Part shown: positions 50,879 to 63,650 of the stretch, in pieces
How positions within the stretch are numbered: the stretch's first letter is position 1
Layout: each line of letters opens with the position of its first letter
Assembly (NCBI GenBank): GCA_043228905.1
Contig: JBHGNT010000012.1
Span: 19,220,001-19,284,000, forward strand
From: Azolla caroliniana
Lineage: Eukaryota; Plantae; Polypodiophyta
Direction of reading: 5' to 3'
DNA: 64,000 nucleotides
Position numbers and translations under genes: made by a program
Notes under the pieces: model-generated
The model's database searches: none
Told to the model about the DNA's origin: nothing
Seen by the model: the letters and a program-made list of their open reading frames with translations, nothing else

Positions 50879-51264
50879 AGGGGGAGTTTGTTGGGATTAC
50901 GGTCCCTCCGGATGGAATGGTCAGATGTCCGGGAATCGGGAATGAAGACCCGGTTCTGGAGCCGGATAATGAAGACCTGGTTCCGGAGCCGGATGATGAA
51001 GACCCGGTTCCGGATCCGGATGATGAAGACCCCGGCTACGGAGCCGGATGATGAAGACCCCGGCTACGGAGCCGGATGACGAATGTACCCGGAGAGAGAT
51101 CCGGATGCGGGGACATACTTATGAATATGTTTGTCATGGGCCCTTGAGGCTATATTTGTAAATAGCCCGAAAGTCATATGTGTATAAATATGACTTAGGG
51201 CAAACAGTTTTGATGTGGTTACTCATTTTTTTGGTTTTCCACTTAGAGGGAGCTAAGTGAGCAG

Positions 51265-51297
<33 letters not shown>

Positions 51298-54200
51298 GAA
51301 GAGGTCGTTGCCTCTGTGTATTACCGCCGCCTGTGGCGAAGACAGTGAGCTCAAGGTTGTTGCCTTGTAGCTTCACCATTGTACATCTCTGTTTGTAGTG
51401 ATAGTTGGAGTTTGAGGACTCCCGTGGTTTTTCCCATTTAGGGTTTTCCACGTAAAACATCCAGTGTACTCTTCTCTCTATTGACTTCGTGCATTTTGTA
51501 TTTCCTGTTTTCTGTGAGTTAATCATATTCCTCGGTTGTGGCCGAGCACTGTGCTCATCAAAAAGTACCTCTCCAGTACATGTCTTAGCACTCCTAGATT
51601 CCGGAGCTAATTCTTGCTTCATGGATAGGAATTTTGCCCAAGCTCATCAAATATCCCTAAGAAAACTCCCATGTCTAGCCTCTATAGTAGGCATTGATGG
51701 TCATCCCATTGCTTCTAGAAATATCATAGAAGAGTCAAAGCCCGTTAATATTGTCCTAGATAATTTAGCGTGTGTTGTATCCTTTAATATAATTAGTATC
51801 CCAGAACATCCCATTGTTTTGGGATTACCATGCCTCGGATTACATAACCCAGACATATCTTGGAGAGCAAGAGAAATCCGGTATCGACAAACCCGAGGAT
51901 CTACGCATAAGATTGCAACCACGTAGATTACAGTGGCTTGAATAAGGTCACCATCAGGAATAGGTACGCACTTCCCCTTATTTCAAGTCTTTTAGAACAG
52001 AATTGACTTACAAGGAGCATATAACCTCGTACGGATCTGACCAGGAGATGAATGGAAGACTGCATTTCGCACCAAATATGGGCACTTTGAGTATACGGTC
52101 ATGCCATTCGGCCTCACTAATGCACCAACAGTCTTCCGGCACATGGCAAATGATATATTCCGAGATCTATTGGAGGTTTGTTTGATCATCTATTTGGATG
52201 ATCTATTGGTTTATTCGAAGACCCAAGAAGAGCATGATTCTCATGTACTGTTAGTACCAAAATGACTTCGAGAACATGGTCTTTATGCAAAGCTGGAAAA
52301 ATATAGTTTTAAGTGCAACTAGGTAGAATTTCTGGGCTATGTCATTTCCTCGGAAGGCATCTCCATGGATCCAGCTAAGGTCAAAACGGTGGTAGAGTGG
52401 CAAACTCCGCGTTCGTTGCGAGATGTGCAATGCTTTTTAGGCTTTGCCAATTTCTACCGCAAGTTTATACAGGATTACTCAAAGCTTGTCTTGCCTCTCA
52501 CATAGCTCACCATGAAGGAACAATCGTTCGTTTGGTTTGAAGAAGCAGACATGGCTTTTGAGAGTCTTAAGAAGGCATTTACATCAGCTCCTATTCTGGC
52601 TCATGTTGATCCGGAAAAACCATTCATCATCGAAGCAGACGCATCAGATTTCGCGTTGGGTAGCATTCTGTCACAACAAGGCGATGATGAAAAGATCCAT
52701 CCTGTGGCTTTCTATTCACGCAAGTTTGACGCTGCTGAAATCAACTATGAAATTCATGATAAGGAGCTATTAGCAATAGTGGACTCTTTTACACAATGGA
52801 GGCATTTTCTAGAGGGATCTTCTCATCAAGTCACCGTATTCAGTGATCACAAAAACATTGCCTACTTTTAGAATGCTTGTGTGTTAAATTGACATCAAGC
52901 TTGGTGGGCCCAATTCCTCACTTTTTTCGACTTCAAAATTACATATCGTCCGGGGAAGCAACAAGGGAAGGTAGATGCATTATCATGGCGCTCGTATCTA
53001 GCACCGCGTCCTGGCGAGCCAGCTTTCGATAACCAAAAGCAAGTAATCCTGGGACCAGCACGACTACAAGCAACGTAGGTCTTCGGGATGCCCTTGGATT
53101 CCCACGTTATCGATACCATACATGAGGACCTAAAGACAGATGCTTTCGCCCAAGCCATTCTAGCGCAAATTGATCCCTCTCGAGCATCTTCTTCACAGTC
53201 GCAACAACTAGATACGGACTATCGACAATTCGAATGTCATGATGGATTACTATTCTTTAAGAAACTCTTGTATGTTCCTAATGGTTCTTGTCACCTTTGG
53301 TAGTCGAAAATTGTCATTACACATATACTGCTGGGCATTTTGGTAGTACTAAAACATTAGATTTAGTACAATGATCATTCTAGTGGCCCCATATGCGACA
53401 ATTTGTCGAAGATTTTGTTCGGACTTGTGATAAATGTTGCAAAGAAAAAATGCCAAGGCATCATCCATATGGTTTATTAGAACCATTACCAAATCCAAGC
53501 AAGCCGTGGCAATCCATTGCTCTAGATTTCATCACAGATCTTCCAGTCTCTAAAGGATTCAATGCGATCTTAACAGTAGTAGATCGATATACGAAGATGG
53601 CCCATTTTCTGCCATGTACTAAGGAAATCTCTACTGAGGAAACCGCGAAACTATCATGCGTGAAGTATGTCGGCATCATGGCCTTCCCGATAGTATCATC
53701 AGCGATTGTGGACCCCAATTCGTCTCGAAATTCTGGAAGCACCTCTTTAAAATGCTCAAGGTCACTTGTAACCTCTCCTCCGGCTACCACCCGCAAACAG
53801 ATAGCCAAGCAAAACGAACAAATCAAACGTTGGAGCGCTATCTTCAGTGCTTTTTAAGCTATCATCAAGATGACTGGGCGGATATTCTCCACTTCGCCGA
53901 ATTTGCGTATAATAACTCTGTCCACTCATCGACAAAGGTTACACCATTTCAGGCTTATACGGGTTGTCACCCCTAGTGGTGTTTATTTGAAACCCCAGAG
54001 TTACCCACAAATCCTTGCGTAGAGGATCGTTTGGAGCGGTTACGCAAGATACAAGCGGATTTATCTACTCATCTATAGCAAGCAAGACAAATACACAAGG
54101 TTTACGCAGATCGGCATCGGCTTCCATCCAGTTTTAACATTGGAGATCGGGTATGGCTACTTCGACGACACATCAAGACTACTCGCCCACGTGAGAAGTT

Positions 54201-55072
54201 GGATTATCGGTGATTAGGTCCTTTCCGTATTATCGGAAAAATTAATGATGTCACTTTTCGTCTCGATCTACCTCCACAACTTTGGATACATCCGGTGTTT
54301 CATAGTTCTCTCCTCGAACCCAATCAAGACAACACCATCCCAGGTCGTATTAAACAACCTCCACCCCCGATCGAACTTGAAGATGGACCTGAGTACGAGG
54401 TTGCCGCCATCCTCGATTCCAAGATTGTTCGCAACAAGTTCTACTATTTTGTTGATTGGCTAGGATATAGCTCCAACGAGCATACTTGGGAACCAATAGA
54501 GAATGTGACCAATGCTCATGCTTTTCTTGAAGACTTCCATCGTCAATATCCAGACAAACCAGGTCCTCAATCCAAAACGACTCGTGACACTCGTCATTTT
54601 AAAGGGGGGATAGTGTCATGATATGGCAAAACTCGAACCCATGACCTTATGTTACATGGGTCTAACTCTTGACCATTAAAGTATATGTTGTAATACAAAA
54701 AATATTATTTTTATTTAAGTTTTACTATAAAAAATTGATGTATATTCCAGATTTCTCTGGAACATTCTAGAAACTTCAAGAGTACTCCTGAGAACACTAT
54801 AAAAGGAGGCACAAGGCATTATTTTGAACCAAATCGGTTCAACGCTAGTCTTAATCCTCCTAGCTACTATTGTATATTCTCTTAACATAATATATATATT
54901 TTGTTGTCATCATTTTGTCGCTCTCTCTCACTCACTCACTCACTCTTTCCTTCGCTCAAGAGTTCTACGCCTCGCTTAGTACTAATCCTCATCTTTTAGT
55001 ACTAATTCCTTCTCTATCTTAGTATTGTTCATGACAATACTTCTCTGTCTTAGTACTGCTACTGATATAGCC

Positions 55073-55706
55073 GAGCGAAAGAATCAGACAATCGATGAAG
55101 TCGCCAGGGCAATGCTTGAAGAGTTCAGCATATGCCAAAGTTTTACTAGGCTAAAGCCATAAGGATGGCTATATACTTGCAGAATCGGACCACTCCTAAT
55201 GGAGGAGTGTCGCCACACGAGTTGTATTTCGAAAAAAAGCCGAACTTGGGATAGTTGAGTATTTTCGGCAGCATTGCGTATGTGCATGTGCCGAAGGAGA
55301 AGAGGAGGAAGTTGGACGCCAAAGCCGAGAAGTGTATCTTGGTCGGCTATTCAGACAACCAGAAGGGGTATAAGTGCTATAACCCCCGAACAAAGGAAGT
55401 TTGCGTAAGCCGAGATGTCGTGTTCGACGAGTCCGCTTCGTGGTACTTGCCTTCACCTCCAATACCTCATGACTCCATTCCGAATTCTGAAGAAGAGGTC
55501 AATGAGGCCAAGCTACCTCCGCGTGATGAGGAAATTGGAGCTCTGATAGAGAGTCTGATCTCATTTCGGCTAAGTCGGCCGAAAGAGGGGTTGGGCCGAG
55601 ATGGCCAACCAAATGAAGAGCCGGCGAGTAGTGGAAACTCGGTCGTGTTGTCCCTGCGTAAAGAACCGATGAGACAGTTTACGCGTAAAGAAAAAGGGAA
55701 GAAGAA
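55073..55706 (+). pseudogene. Copia-D integrase C-terminal remnant
   Basis: [30 protein letters not shown]...KGYKCYNP. Resumes after the T1 TSD. Confidence 0.88.
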
Positions 55707-58700
55707 TGTTGAGATACAAGCTCAACATTGGTCGGATCGGCTGTGCAAGCCGAGAACCGGATCGGTTAGGCCGGACAGGTGCGTAAAACGGGTGCGTAAA
55801 CCAGTACGCAAACCGGTGCGTAACGAGAAGCCATAGCGGTGCGTAAACCACAAGGCCGTTGGAAAGATATTCCACGTAGGAATATATTTTGGGAATTAGC
55901 GTAGAGCTCAGTTATGAGCATTGAAGTACGTGTCAGTACTTCTGTCAGTCCGTATGGACTTGTATAAAAGTGCTCACTAAGCAGATCCTATGTACAGATT
56001 GAGTATTATTTTGAATCGAGTTTTGTGTGTGTTCTTTCTCTCTGTCTCGCCCGCGTACTGTGCATATACAAGCTCTCCATTAAACCTGCGTATTCTCTAC
56101 GTTCGATTTCCTATTGCTTCTGCATGCTATGGTTCACATGGTATTAGAGCGCGAGGGTTGAGAACCTTTGTAGCCAACATAACTTGAAAGGGAAACTAAC
56201 CAAGAAGAATAGGTAAAACCGATGGATAGAGGCATGGCTAGCTCGCTTCTGACGGAGAAGCTCGACAGAAACAACTACACGTCTTGGTCCTACAAGATGC
56301 ACCAGTACCTGCTCGGGCATGGTTACTGGAGCTATGACGACGGAGCAAATGAAACGGCACCCGAATCGACACACAGAGATTTCCCGGTGTGGGAACAGTC
56401 TGCGAGTAGAGTACTGTACTGCTTCGCATCTTATGTGGGTGAACAGCTCCTAAGCTACATTCGGGATGCAAAAACGCCAAAAGATGCTTGGGGAAATCTT
56501 AAGAAGATTTTCGCCGCAAGCACTACAGCTAGGAAGCTTCAAATCCGACAATAGCTGAGCAACCTACGACAACGTGAATTGTCGGTGGCTAATTACACCT
56601 CGAAGATGAAAGATATATGTGACTCCTTAGCCTCCATCGATGTGAACATCGAGGAAGGCGAGATGGTGCAGATCTGTCTCAGGGGACTGGCGTCGAAGTT
56701 CGGAGCATTCTGAACCGTTGTGTGTACACAGGAGAATACGTCGTCGTTTTTCGACCTACAGTTGATGCTCCTTATAGAGGAGAACCACGCGGGTGCGTCG
56801 ACGAGCACGCATGCCGACAACAAGATGTTGTACATGGAGGGAGATAGGCCCCATGGTCGTGGTGGATGAGGCGAGTCGGTGCACAATGGAGGCGGCCGAC
56901 AAGATCAAGCACGAAGGCACCGAAGTGATGCCGACAGCAATTCCAAACCCTCCGGAAATAGGGGGAATCGAGGCGACGAGAACCGGCAAGGGAAATCCAT
57001 TGCGGAATGCTGGTACTGTGGCCAGAAAGGCCACAAGGAGAGAGACTGCTGAAAGAAATGCGCCGATTCAGAGAGAACCAGATCCGGATCAGGCTCCGGA
57101 CAAACTAACAAAGGAAATCGGCAACGATCGCACGACACCGCAAGGTCCGGATAAGCCGGAAAAGGGTCAACCTTCGTGACAAGACACGAAGTGAACTCTA
57201 TGACATGTCCACCCCAAAATCGGACGAGGTGTGGTACGTTGACTCTGGTGCGTCAAACCACATGACGTGCCACAAGGAGTGGTTCTCGTACCTAGAAAAA
57301 CTGATGCAACCGAGAGTAGTCGCAACCGGAAACGACACTCCGCATCCGATCGCGAATGTCGGTGAAGTTCCCTTGAGCCATGTAGGGCAGAAAGGGAAAC
57401 TTATGAACGTGTTACACATCCCCACAATCACGAAGAATCTGGTATCGGTCGGGTAGATCGTCGACCATTGGATGCAAGTCCGGTTCACGCATCTCGGGTG
57501 CTTCATCGAAGAAGAAGGCCGAGTTATTGCGCAAGGGCGTAGAGACTGGAGGATGTTTATACTCGACACTAGTGACGATGGCACCGCAATGTTCGCAAAA
57601 GGACAAAAAGTCGAGTCGGATATTGACTTATGGCACAAGCGGATAGGCCACGTCAACTATCAATGGCTTCAGGACTTGCAACCGAAACATGTGGTGTTCA
57701 GATTGCCCAAGTTTAGTGGCCGGAGGGCACGAATTTGTGAAGCCTGCCAACTCAGGAAGCAACATTGACTTCCTTTCCCTAACGAGCATAACCGGAGTTG
57801 GAACAAGCTCAACTTGATACATTCCGATGTATGGGGGTCGGAACAGAACGTTAGTCTTGGCGGTAGTCGATATTTTGTCTCCTTCATCGACGACTATACG
57901 TGGCACATGTGGATCTATCTCATCAAGAAGAAGAGTGAAGTCTTTGACTATTTCCGGGACCTCAAAGGGTTCGTGGAAACAGAAACAGGATGAAAGTTCA
58001 AGTGCCTGCAGTCGGATGGCGGAAAAGAATACTTTTCCGGTCAATTCAACGGCTATCTGCAACAAATGGGAATTCGGCGCCAATTCAGTTGTAGATACAC
58101 GCCGGAGAAAAATGGCGTGGCCGAGAGGAAGAACCGGTCAATTGTAGAAGCGGCATAGGCAATGTTGGAGGAGAAGAGCTTGCCCAAGTTCTATTGGGCC
58201 GGGGCGGTACAAATTGCAATATACATCCAGAATCGGATCGGAGACAAACTATTGGCGCATGAGCAGTATTTCGGAAGGAAGCCGAATCTACGACACTTGA
58301 GAGTTTTCGGTAGCATTGCGTATGTGCATGTACCAAAGGAGAAATGGAGGAAGTTGGACGCGAAAGCCGAGAATTGTATCTTGGTCGGCTACTCGGACGA
58401 GCAGAAGGGTTATAAGTGTTATAACCCTCGCACCAAACAAGCGCGCGTGAGCCGCGATGTTGTGTTTGACAAGTCCGCGTCCTGGTACTTGCCTTCAACT
58501 CCGGACCTCACCTCCAATCCGAGTTCTGATGATGAGGTCAGCGAGGCCGAGATGCCCCCGGATGAGCCCGAAATCGGGACCCGTGATGAGAGTCCGATTT
58601 CGTTTTAGTTAAGTGGACCGGATGGACGACTGAGTCGGTTCAATCAATCCGATGAAGAGCCGGCGAGTAGTGGAGACTCGGTCGTGCATTCCCCGCGCAG

Positions 58701-61432
58701 GAAGCCGGGGAGACGGTTTACGCGCAAAGAAAAAGGGAAGAAGCAGGTGTCGGATTACGGCACAGATAGGAACGAGTCGGATCAACGTGACTTCGACTCC
58801 GAGGGAAGTGACGACGGGTCTTTGAGAGCGAAGTCTGCATCAGCCATGAAAGCCTCAACATCGGCTAATGAGCAATTACGCCAATCAACGCGCCAGAAGA
58901 ACCCTATTGTGCGGTTCGGTTACAACGAGTACATGGCGCATCACTATGCGTACATGATGTGTGTAGCGGAAGTGCGTGAGCCGGAGAGCTACGCAGAGGC
59001 GGCGAAGGACGCAAATTGGCGTGCCGCAATGGAGGAAGAGATGCGTGCATTGGCGGAGAATGAAACCTGGGACCTGATTGACGCACCGAAAGGTGTGAAG
59101 CCGATCGGATGTAGGTGGGTGTACAAGGTCAAGTTCAACACTGACGGCTCGGTCAACCGATACAAGGCCCGGTTAGTAGCAAAAGGCTATGCGCAGAAAC
59201 ACGACATCGACTACAATGAGACGTTTGCGGCAGTCGCGAAGATGACGACCGTCCGTGTTTTGCTCGCGGTCGCTGCGGCAAAGGGGTGGCATTTACATCA
59301 AATGGATGTAAGGAATGCGTTCCTACAAGGTGAGCGTGAGGAACAGGTGTACATGGTACAGCCCCCCGGATTTCACTCCGGAACGAACACTTCCGCGGTG
59401 TGCCGATGTCCCTTTACGGACTAAAGCAAGTCTCGCGTGCCTAGAACGCGAAGAGCACGCAACGATTGCGTCGGATGGGCTTTGTGATGTCAAAATCGGA
59501 CTCCTCACTGTTCATCCGTAAAGATCGACTCAGGCCGGTTAGTATTTTACTTTATGTTAATGACTTGGTCATCACCAGCGTCGACCTAGGTGAGATAGAC
59601 CGCATGAAGCTCCAGCTTGCGGCATCATTCGACATGAAAGATCTAGGGGACCTTCATTACTTCCTCGGGATCGAAGTGATCCATACCCCTGAAGATATCT
59701 TGATCAGCCAACGTCATTACGCGTTGAATATGCTCTTCAAATTCAAGATGGCCGACTGTAAGTTCGTCTCAACGCCTCTGGATAGAACCGTCAAGCTACG
59801 CCCCGATTCTGGAAAGGTATGCGACCTGACGAGGTTCCGATAGATAGTAGGAAACCTTATACATTTGACCATCACCCGACCAGATCTCAGCTACCCAGTC
59901 GGGGTGATTAGTCAGTTCATGGCGTGACCGACCGAGGAGCACCTTCAGTGTGCACAACGCGTACTCCGGTATGTCAGTGGCACTAAGGACCGGGGGCTAC
60001 TATATCGGGCTGATACTGCCGCATAGTTGGTCGGTTTCACCGATGCTGATTGGGCCGGAAACATCGGCGATCACCGATCCACGTCCGGTTTCGCGTTCTC
60101 TCTCGGGAGTGCCACGATCGCGTGGAGTAGCAAGAAGCAGCCGACAGTTGCGTTGTCGAGCACCGAAGCTGACTATAGAGGAGTTGTTGTCGCAACATGT
60201 GAAGCCATATGGTTGAAGCGGCTACTTAAGGATCTGCAGGTGGAGGTATCCGATCCAACGACAATCTACTGTGACAACCTCAGCAGCATCCAACTAGCGA
60301 AGAACCCTGTCTTCCACGCCCGGACTAAGACCATTGAGGTGCACTACCATTTCGTCCGTGAGCGTGTCCTCTCCAGTGAAGTCGAACTTCAGTATGTTCC
60401 GACGGATCGGCAGACCGCCGACATATTCACCAAGCCACTTGGTCTGGACAAGTTGCGGCAATTCTCGGGTGCGCTTGGGTTGCGTCACCTCGACGTGCTG
60501 AACTTGAGGGGGAGAGATGTTCCAAAAGACGAAGACCGCGAGGCCAAGTCGGATGACGAACTCGATCTCGGACCGGCTGAAGACGCCGAGGGCGGACCCG
60601 CGGAAGATTCCGAAAGCAGACATACGGGGAGCAGTCGAAAGAAAGAGCCGAAGCCAACCAAGGGCGAGAAGACCGAGGACGAGTTGGAGACAACCAACTC
60701 GGACGAGAGCAAAAACCGATCGGAGGAAGTCGAGTCGGTTCGGATATTTGATTCGAATACGCCGAATCAACAAAGGGCCAAGCATAAGAGAAGGCAGCAG
60801 AAGAGGTGCCAACACCGCAACAGCAAGGAAGCTGAGAAGGGTCGTGTGAGCAGACAAGCCAACCGAAAGGGTCGAGGCACGTGGAATCGAACGGGTCGAG
60901 GAGCGCGAGCGAGGCGTGAAGCCAAAAGGAACTGGAGAGCAGATCCGGAAGAGCAGATGGAACCTCAAGTTGAGCTTGAGGGGGAGTGTTGAGATACAAG
61001 CTCAACATTGGCCGGATCGGCTGTGCAAGCCGAGAACCGGATCGGTTGGGGCCGATCGGTTAGGCCAGACCGGTGCGTAAAACGGGTGTGTAAACCGGTA
61101 CGCAAGTCAGTGAATAACGAGAAGCTGTAGCAGTGCGTAAACCGCGAGGCTGTTGGAACGATATTCCGCGTAGGAATATATTTTGGGAATTAGTGTAGAG
61201 CTCCGTTATGAGCATTGAAGTACGTGTCAATACTTCTGTCAGTCTGTATGGACTTGTATAAAAGTGCTCACTGAGCACATCCTATGTACCGATTGAGTAG
61301 TATTTTGAATCGAGTTTTGTGTGTGTTCTTTCTCTCTGTCTCTCCCGCGTACTGTGCATATACAAGCTCTCCATGCAACCTACATATTCTTTGCGTTTGA
61401 TTTCCTATTGCTTCCGCACGCTATTCTTCACA
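55707..61432 (+). mobile_element. Copia-I: full-length copia (same family as A) inserted in the related Copia-D (LTRs 55707-56138 and 60987-61432)
   Basis: TG..CA LTRs. TSD AAGAA/AACAA. PBS TGGTATTAGAGC at 56139. PPT at 60978-60986. Confidence 0.93.
56222..60992 (+). pseudogene. Copia-I gag-pol remnant with a C-terminal extension
   Basis: Fragmented ORFs with [31 protein letters not shown] and [12 protein letters not shown]. The last ORF runs ~170 aa past RNase H into the LTR. Confidence 0.9.
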
Positions 61433-61437
61433 AACAA

Positions 61438-63650
61438 AATGTTGGAATATGATTTCGGCACTGCCGAGTAAGATCGGAGAGAATCTGACTTCGGGCCAAT
61501 CGAGAAGGAACCTCCGCGGAAGAGGTCGAAGTCAGCCAAGAGGGCCGCGAAATCAGCTAATCAACGAATTACGCCGATCTATCCACCTAAAAAACCCCGT
61601 AAAGAGATACGGGTGTAATGCGTACATGCGCACCATTATGCGTACATGACACGAGTGGCGGAAGTGCGTGAGCCAAAGAGCTACGCAGAAGCAACGGAAG
61701 ACGCAAACTGGCGTGTCGCGATGGAGGAAGAGATGCGTGTGTTATCGGACAATGAGACTTGGGACCTGGTTGACATGCTGAAGGGTGTGACGCCGATCGG
61801 ATGCCGATGGGTGTATAAGGTCAAGTACAACACGGACGGCTCTATCAACCGCTACAAGGCCCGATAAGTGGCGAAAGGCTACGCGCAGAAGCACGGCGTA
61901 GATTACGACAAACGTTCGCACCGGTCGCGAAGATGACCACGATGTGCGTTCTACTAGTTGTAGCAGCCATGAAGGGGTGGCACTTACATCAGATGGATGT
62001 AAAGAATGTGTTCCTGCAAGGTGATCTTGAGGAACAAGTGTACATGGCACAATCCCCCGGATTTCTATCCGAACAGAACACTTCGGCAGTTTGTCGATTG
62101 AAGAAGTCTTTATACGGACTTAAGCAAGCTCTGCGAGCTTGGAACGCGAAGATTACGCAACGGTTGTGTAGGATGGGGTTCACAACGTCCAAGTCACACT
62201 CTTGATTATTTGTTCGGCAAGGTAAACATGGACCGGTTAGCCTTCTACTCTATGTTGACGATTTAGTCATCGTCGGTGCCGACCTAGAAGAAATCCGCCG
62301 AGTGAAGTCCCTGCTTGCGGCATCATTCAACATGAAGGATCTTGGCGACCTTCATTACTTCCTCGAGATCGAAGTGATCCATTACCCCGAAGGCATATTG
62401 ATCAGCCAACGTCATTACGCACTAAATATGCTCTTTAAGTTCAGGATGGCAGATTGTAAGCCCATCTCGACCCCTCTGGATAGAAATGTAAAGCTTCACC
62501 GAGATTCGGGAAAGGCATGCGACACGACACGGTTCCAACGGATTGTCGGAGGCCTAATCTAGTTGACAATCACTCGGTCGGATCTCAGTTACTCAGTCGG
62601 CTTGATTAGTCAATTTATGCCGCAACCCACGGCTGAACACTTTCAATGCGTGTAGAGGATATTGCGATATGTTAGCAGCACTAAGGAAATGGCGTTGTTG
62701 TATTAGGCAGGCATAGCCGAACAATTAGTTGGCTACACGGATGCCGATTGGGCCGGAAATGCCCATGATCGTAGATCCACATCCGGATACACATTCTCAT
62801 TCGGGAGTGCGGCGATCGCATGGAGCAGTAAGAAGCAACCGACAATAGCACTGTCGAGCACAAAGGCCGAATATCGAGGGGTGACTATTGCTATGTGCGA
62901 AGTCATTTGGCTGAAACGGCTATTACGGGACCTGCATGTGGAGGTGTCCGATCCGACGATGATCTATTGCGACAACCTCAACAGTATCCACCTTGTGAAA
63001 AACCCTGTATTCCACGCCCGGACCAAGCACATTGAGGTTGCCGACATCTTCACCAAGCCCCTTGGTCTCGATAAGTTATGGCATTTCTTGGGTAAGCTGG
63101 GTTTACATCACCTCGACGTGCCGAACTTGAGGGGGAGACAAGAACAAGAGCGTGAACGTGAAAGGAGCGGTAGTGACCGCGATGCCAAATTGGATGAAGA
63201 ATTTGATTTCGGGCCGGCTGAAGAAGCCGAAGAAGTAAGCAAGGTCCATAACCGCAGGGAAGAGCCGAAGACAACCGAACAAGGGGTAGATAAGGCCAAG
63301 ACCAAGACATGGTCTAACGTTGTCAAGGGCCTAAAGACAGAAGAAGAATTGGAGACAACCAATTCGGATGTAAGCAGAAATGAATCAAGAGTGACCAATT
63401 CAATCGAAATGTTCGATTCGGACATTACGAATCGACTAAGGGCCAAGCAGAAAAAAGGGCAGCGAAAGAGGCGCCAACACCACGACAACAAGGGAGCTGA
63501 GAAAGGCCACATGAGCAGACAAGCTGACCGAAAGGGTCGAGGTGTGCGGAATCAGACGAACCGAAGAGCGCGAGCGAGCGTGAAGCCAGGAGAAGCCGGA
63601 GCGAAGATCCGGAGGAGCACGCAGGACCTCCAATTGAGCTTGAGGGGGAG
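61438..63650 (+). pseudogene. Copia-D RT/RNase H remnant and 3' extension
   Basis: ORFs 61646-61867, 61933-62205, 62302-62562 and 62881-63720 carry copia RT and RNase H motifs. Confidence 0.88.

Larger units (their letters stand above)
46115..51560 (+). mobile_element. Copia-H: young Tnt1/Tork-like copia inserted in the T1 protease region (LTRs 46115-46787 and 50889-51560)
   Basis: TG..CA near-identical LTRs. Perfect TSD AAAAG. PBS TGGTATCAGAGC at 46790. PPT at 50877-50888. Confidence 0.97.
44837..54621 (+). pseudogene. T1 gag-pol remnant (44837-46114 and 51566-54621), heavily decayed
   Basis: Collinear with T2. Many stops and a ~370-bp deletion near 51923 that removes the RT N-terminus. 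Chromodomain in ORF 54295-54621. Confidence 0.9.
26870..55067 (+). mobile_element. T1: Tf1/Tcn1-like gypsy chromovirus (5' LTR 26870-27132 + 44554-44740, split by Copia-E; 3' LTR 54614-55067)
   Basis: TSD TAACC/TAGCC inside the Copia-D integrase. PPT AAAGGGGGGATAG at 54601-54613. LTRs and interior are homologous to T2. Confidence 0.92.

Noticed and set aside
60294-61008. Long antisense ORFs (also 49067-49969, 31778-32620 and 2525-3160) as extra genes or env
   Set aside because: They are shadows of GC-rich or purine-skewed sense sequence, show no recognisable domain, and their boundaries are not conserved between sister copies.
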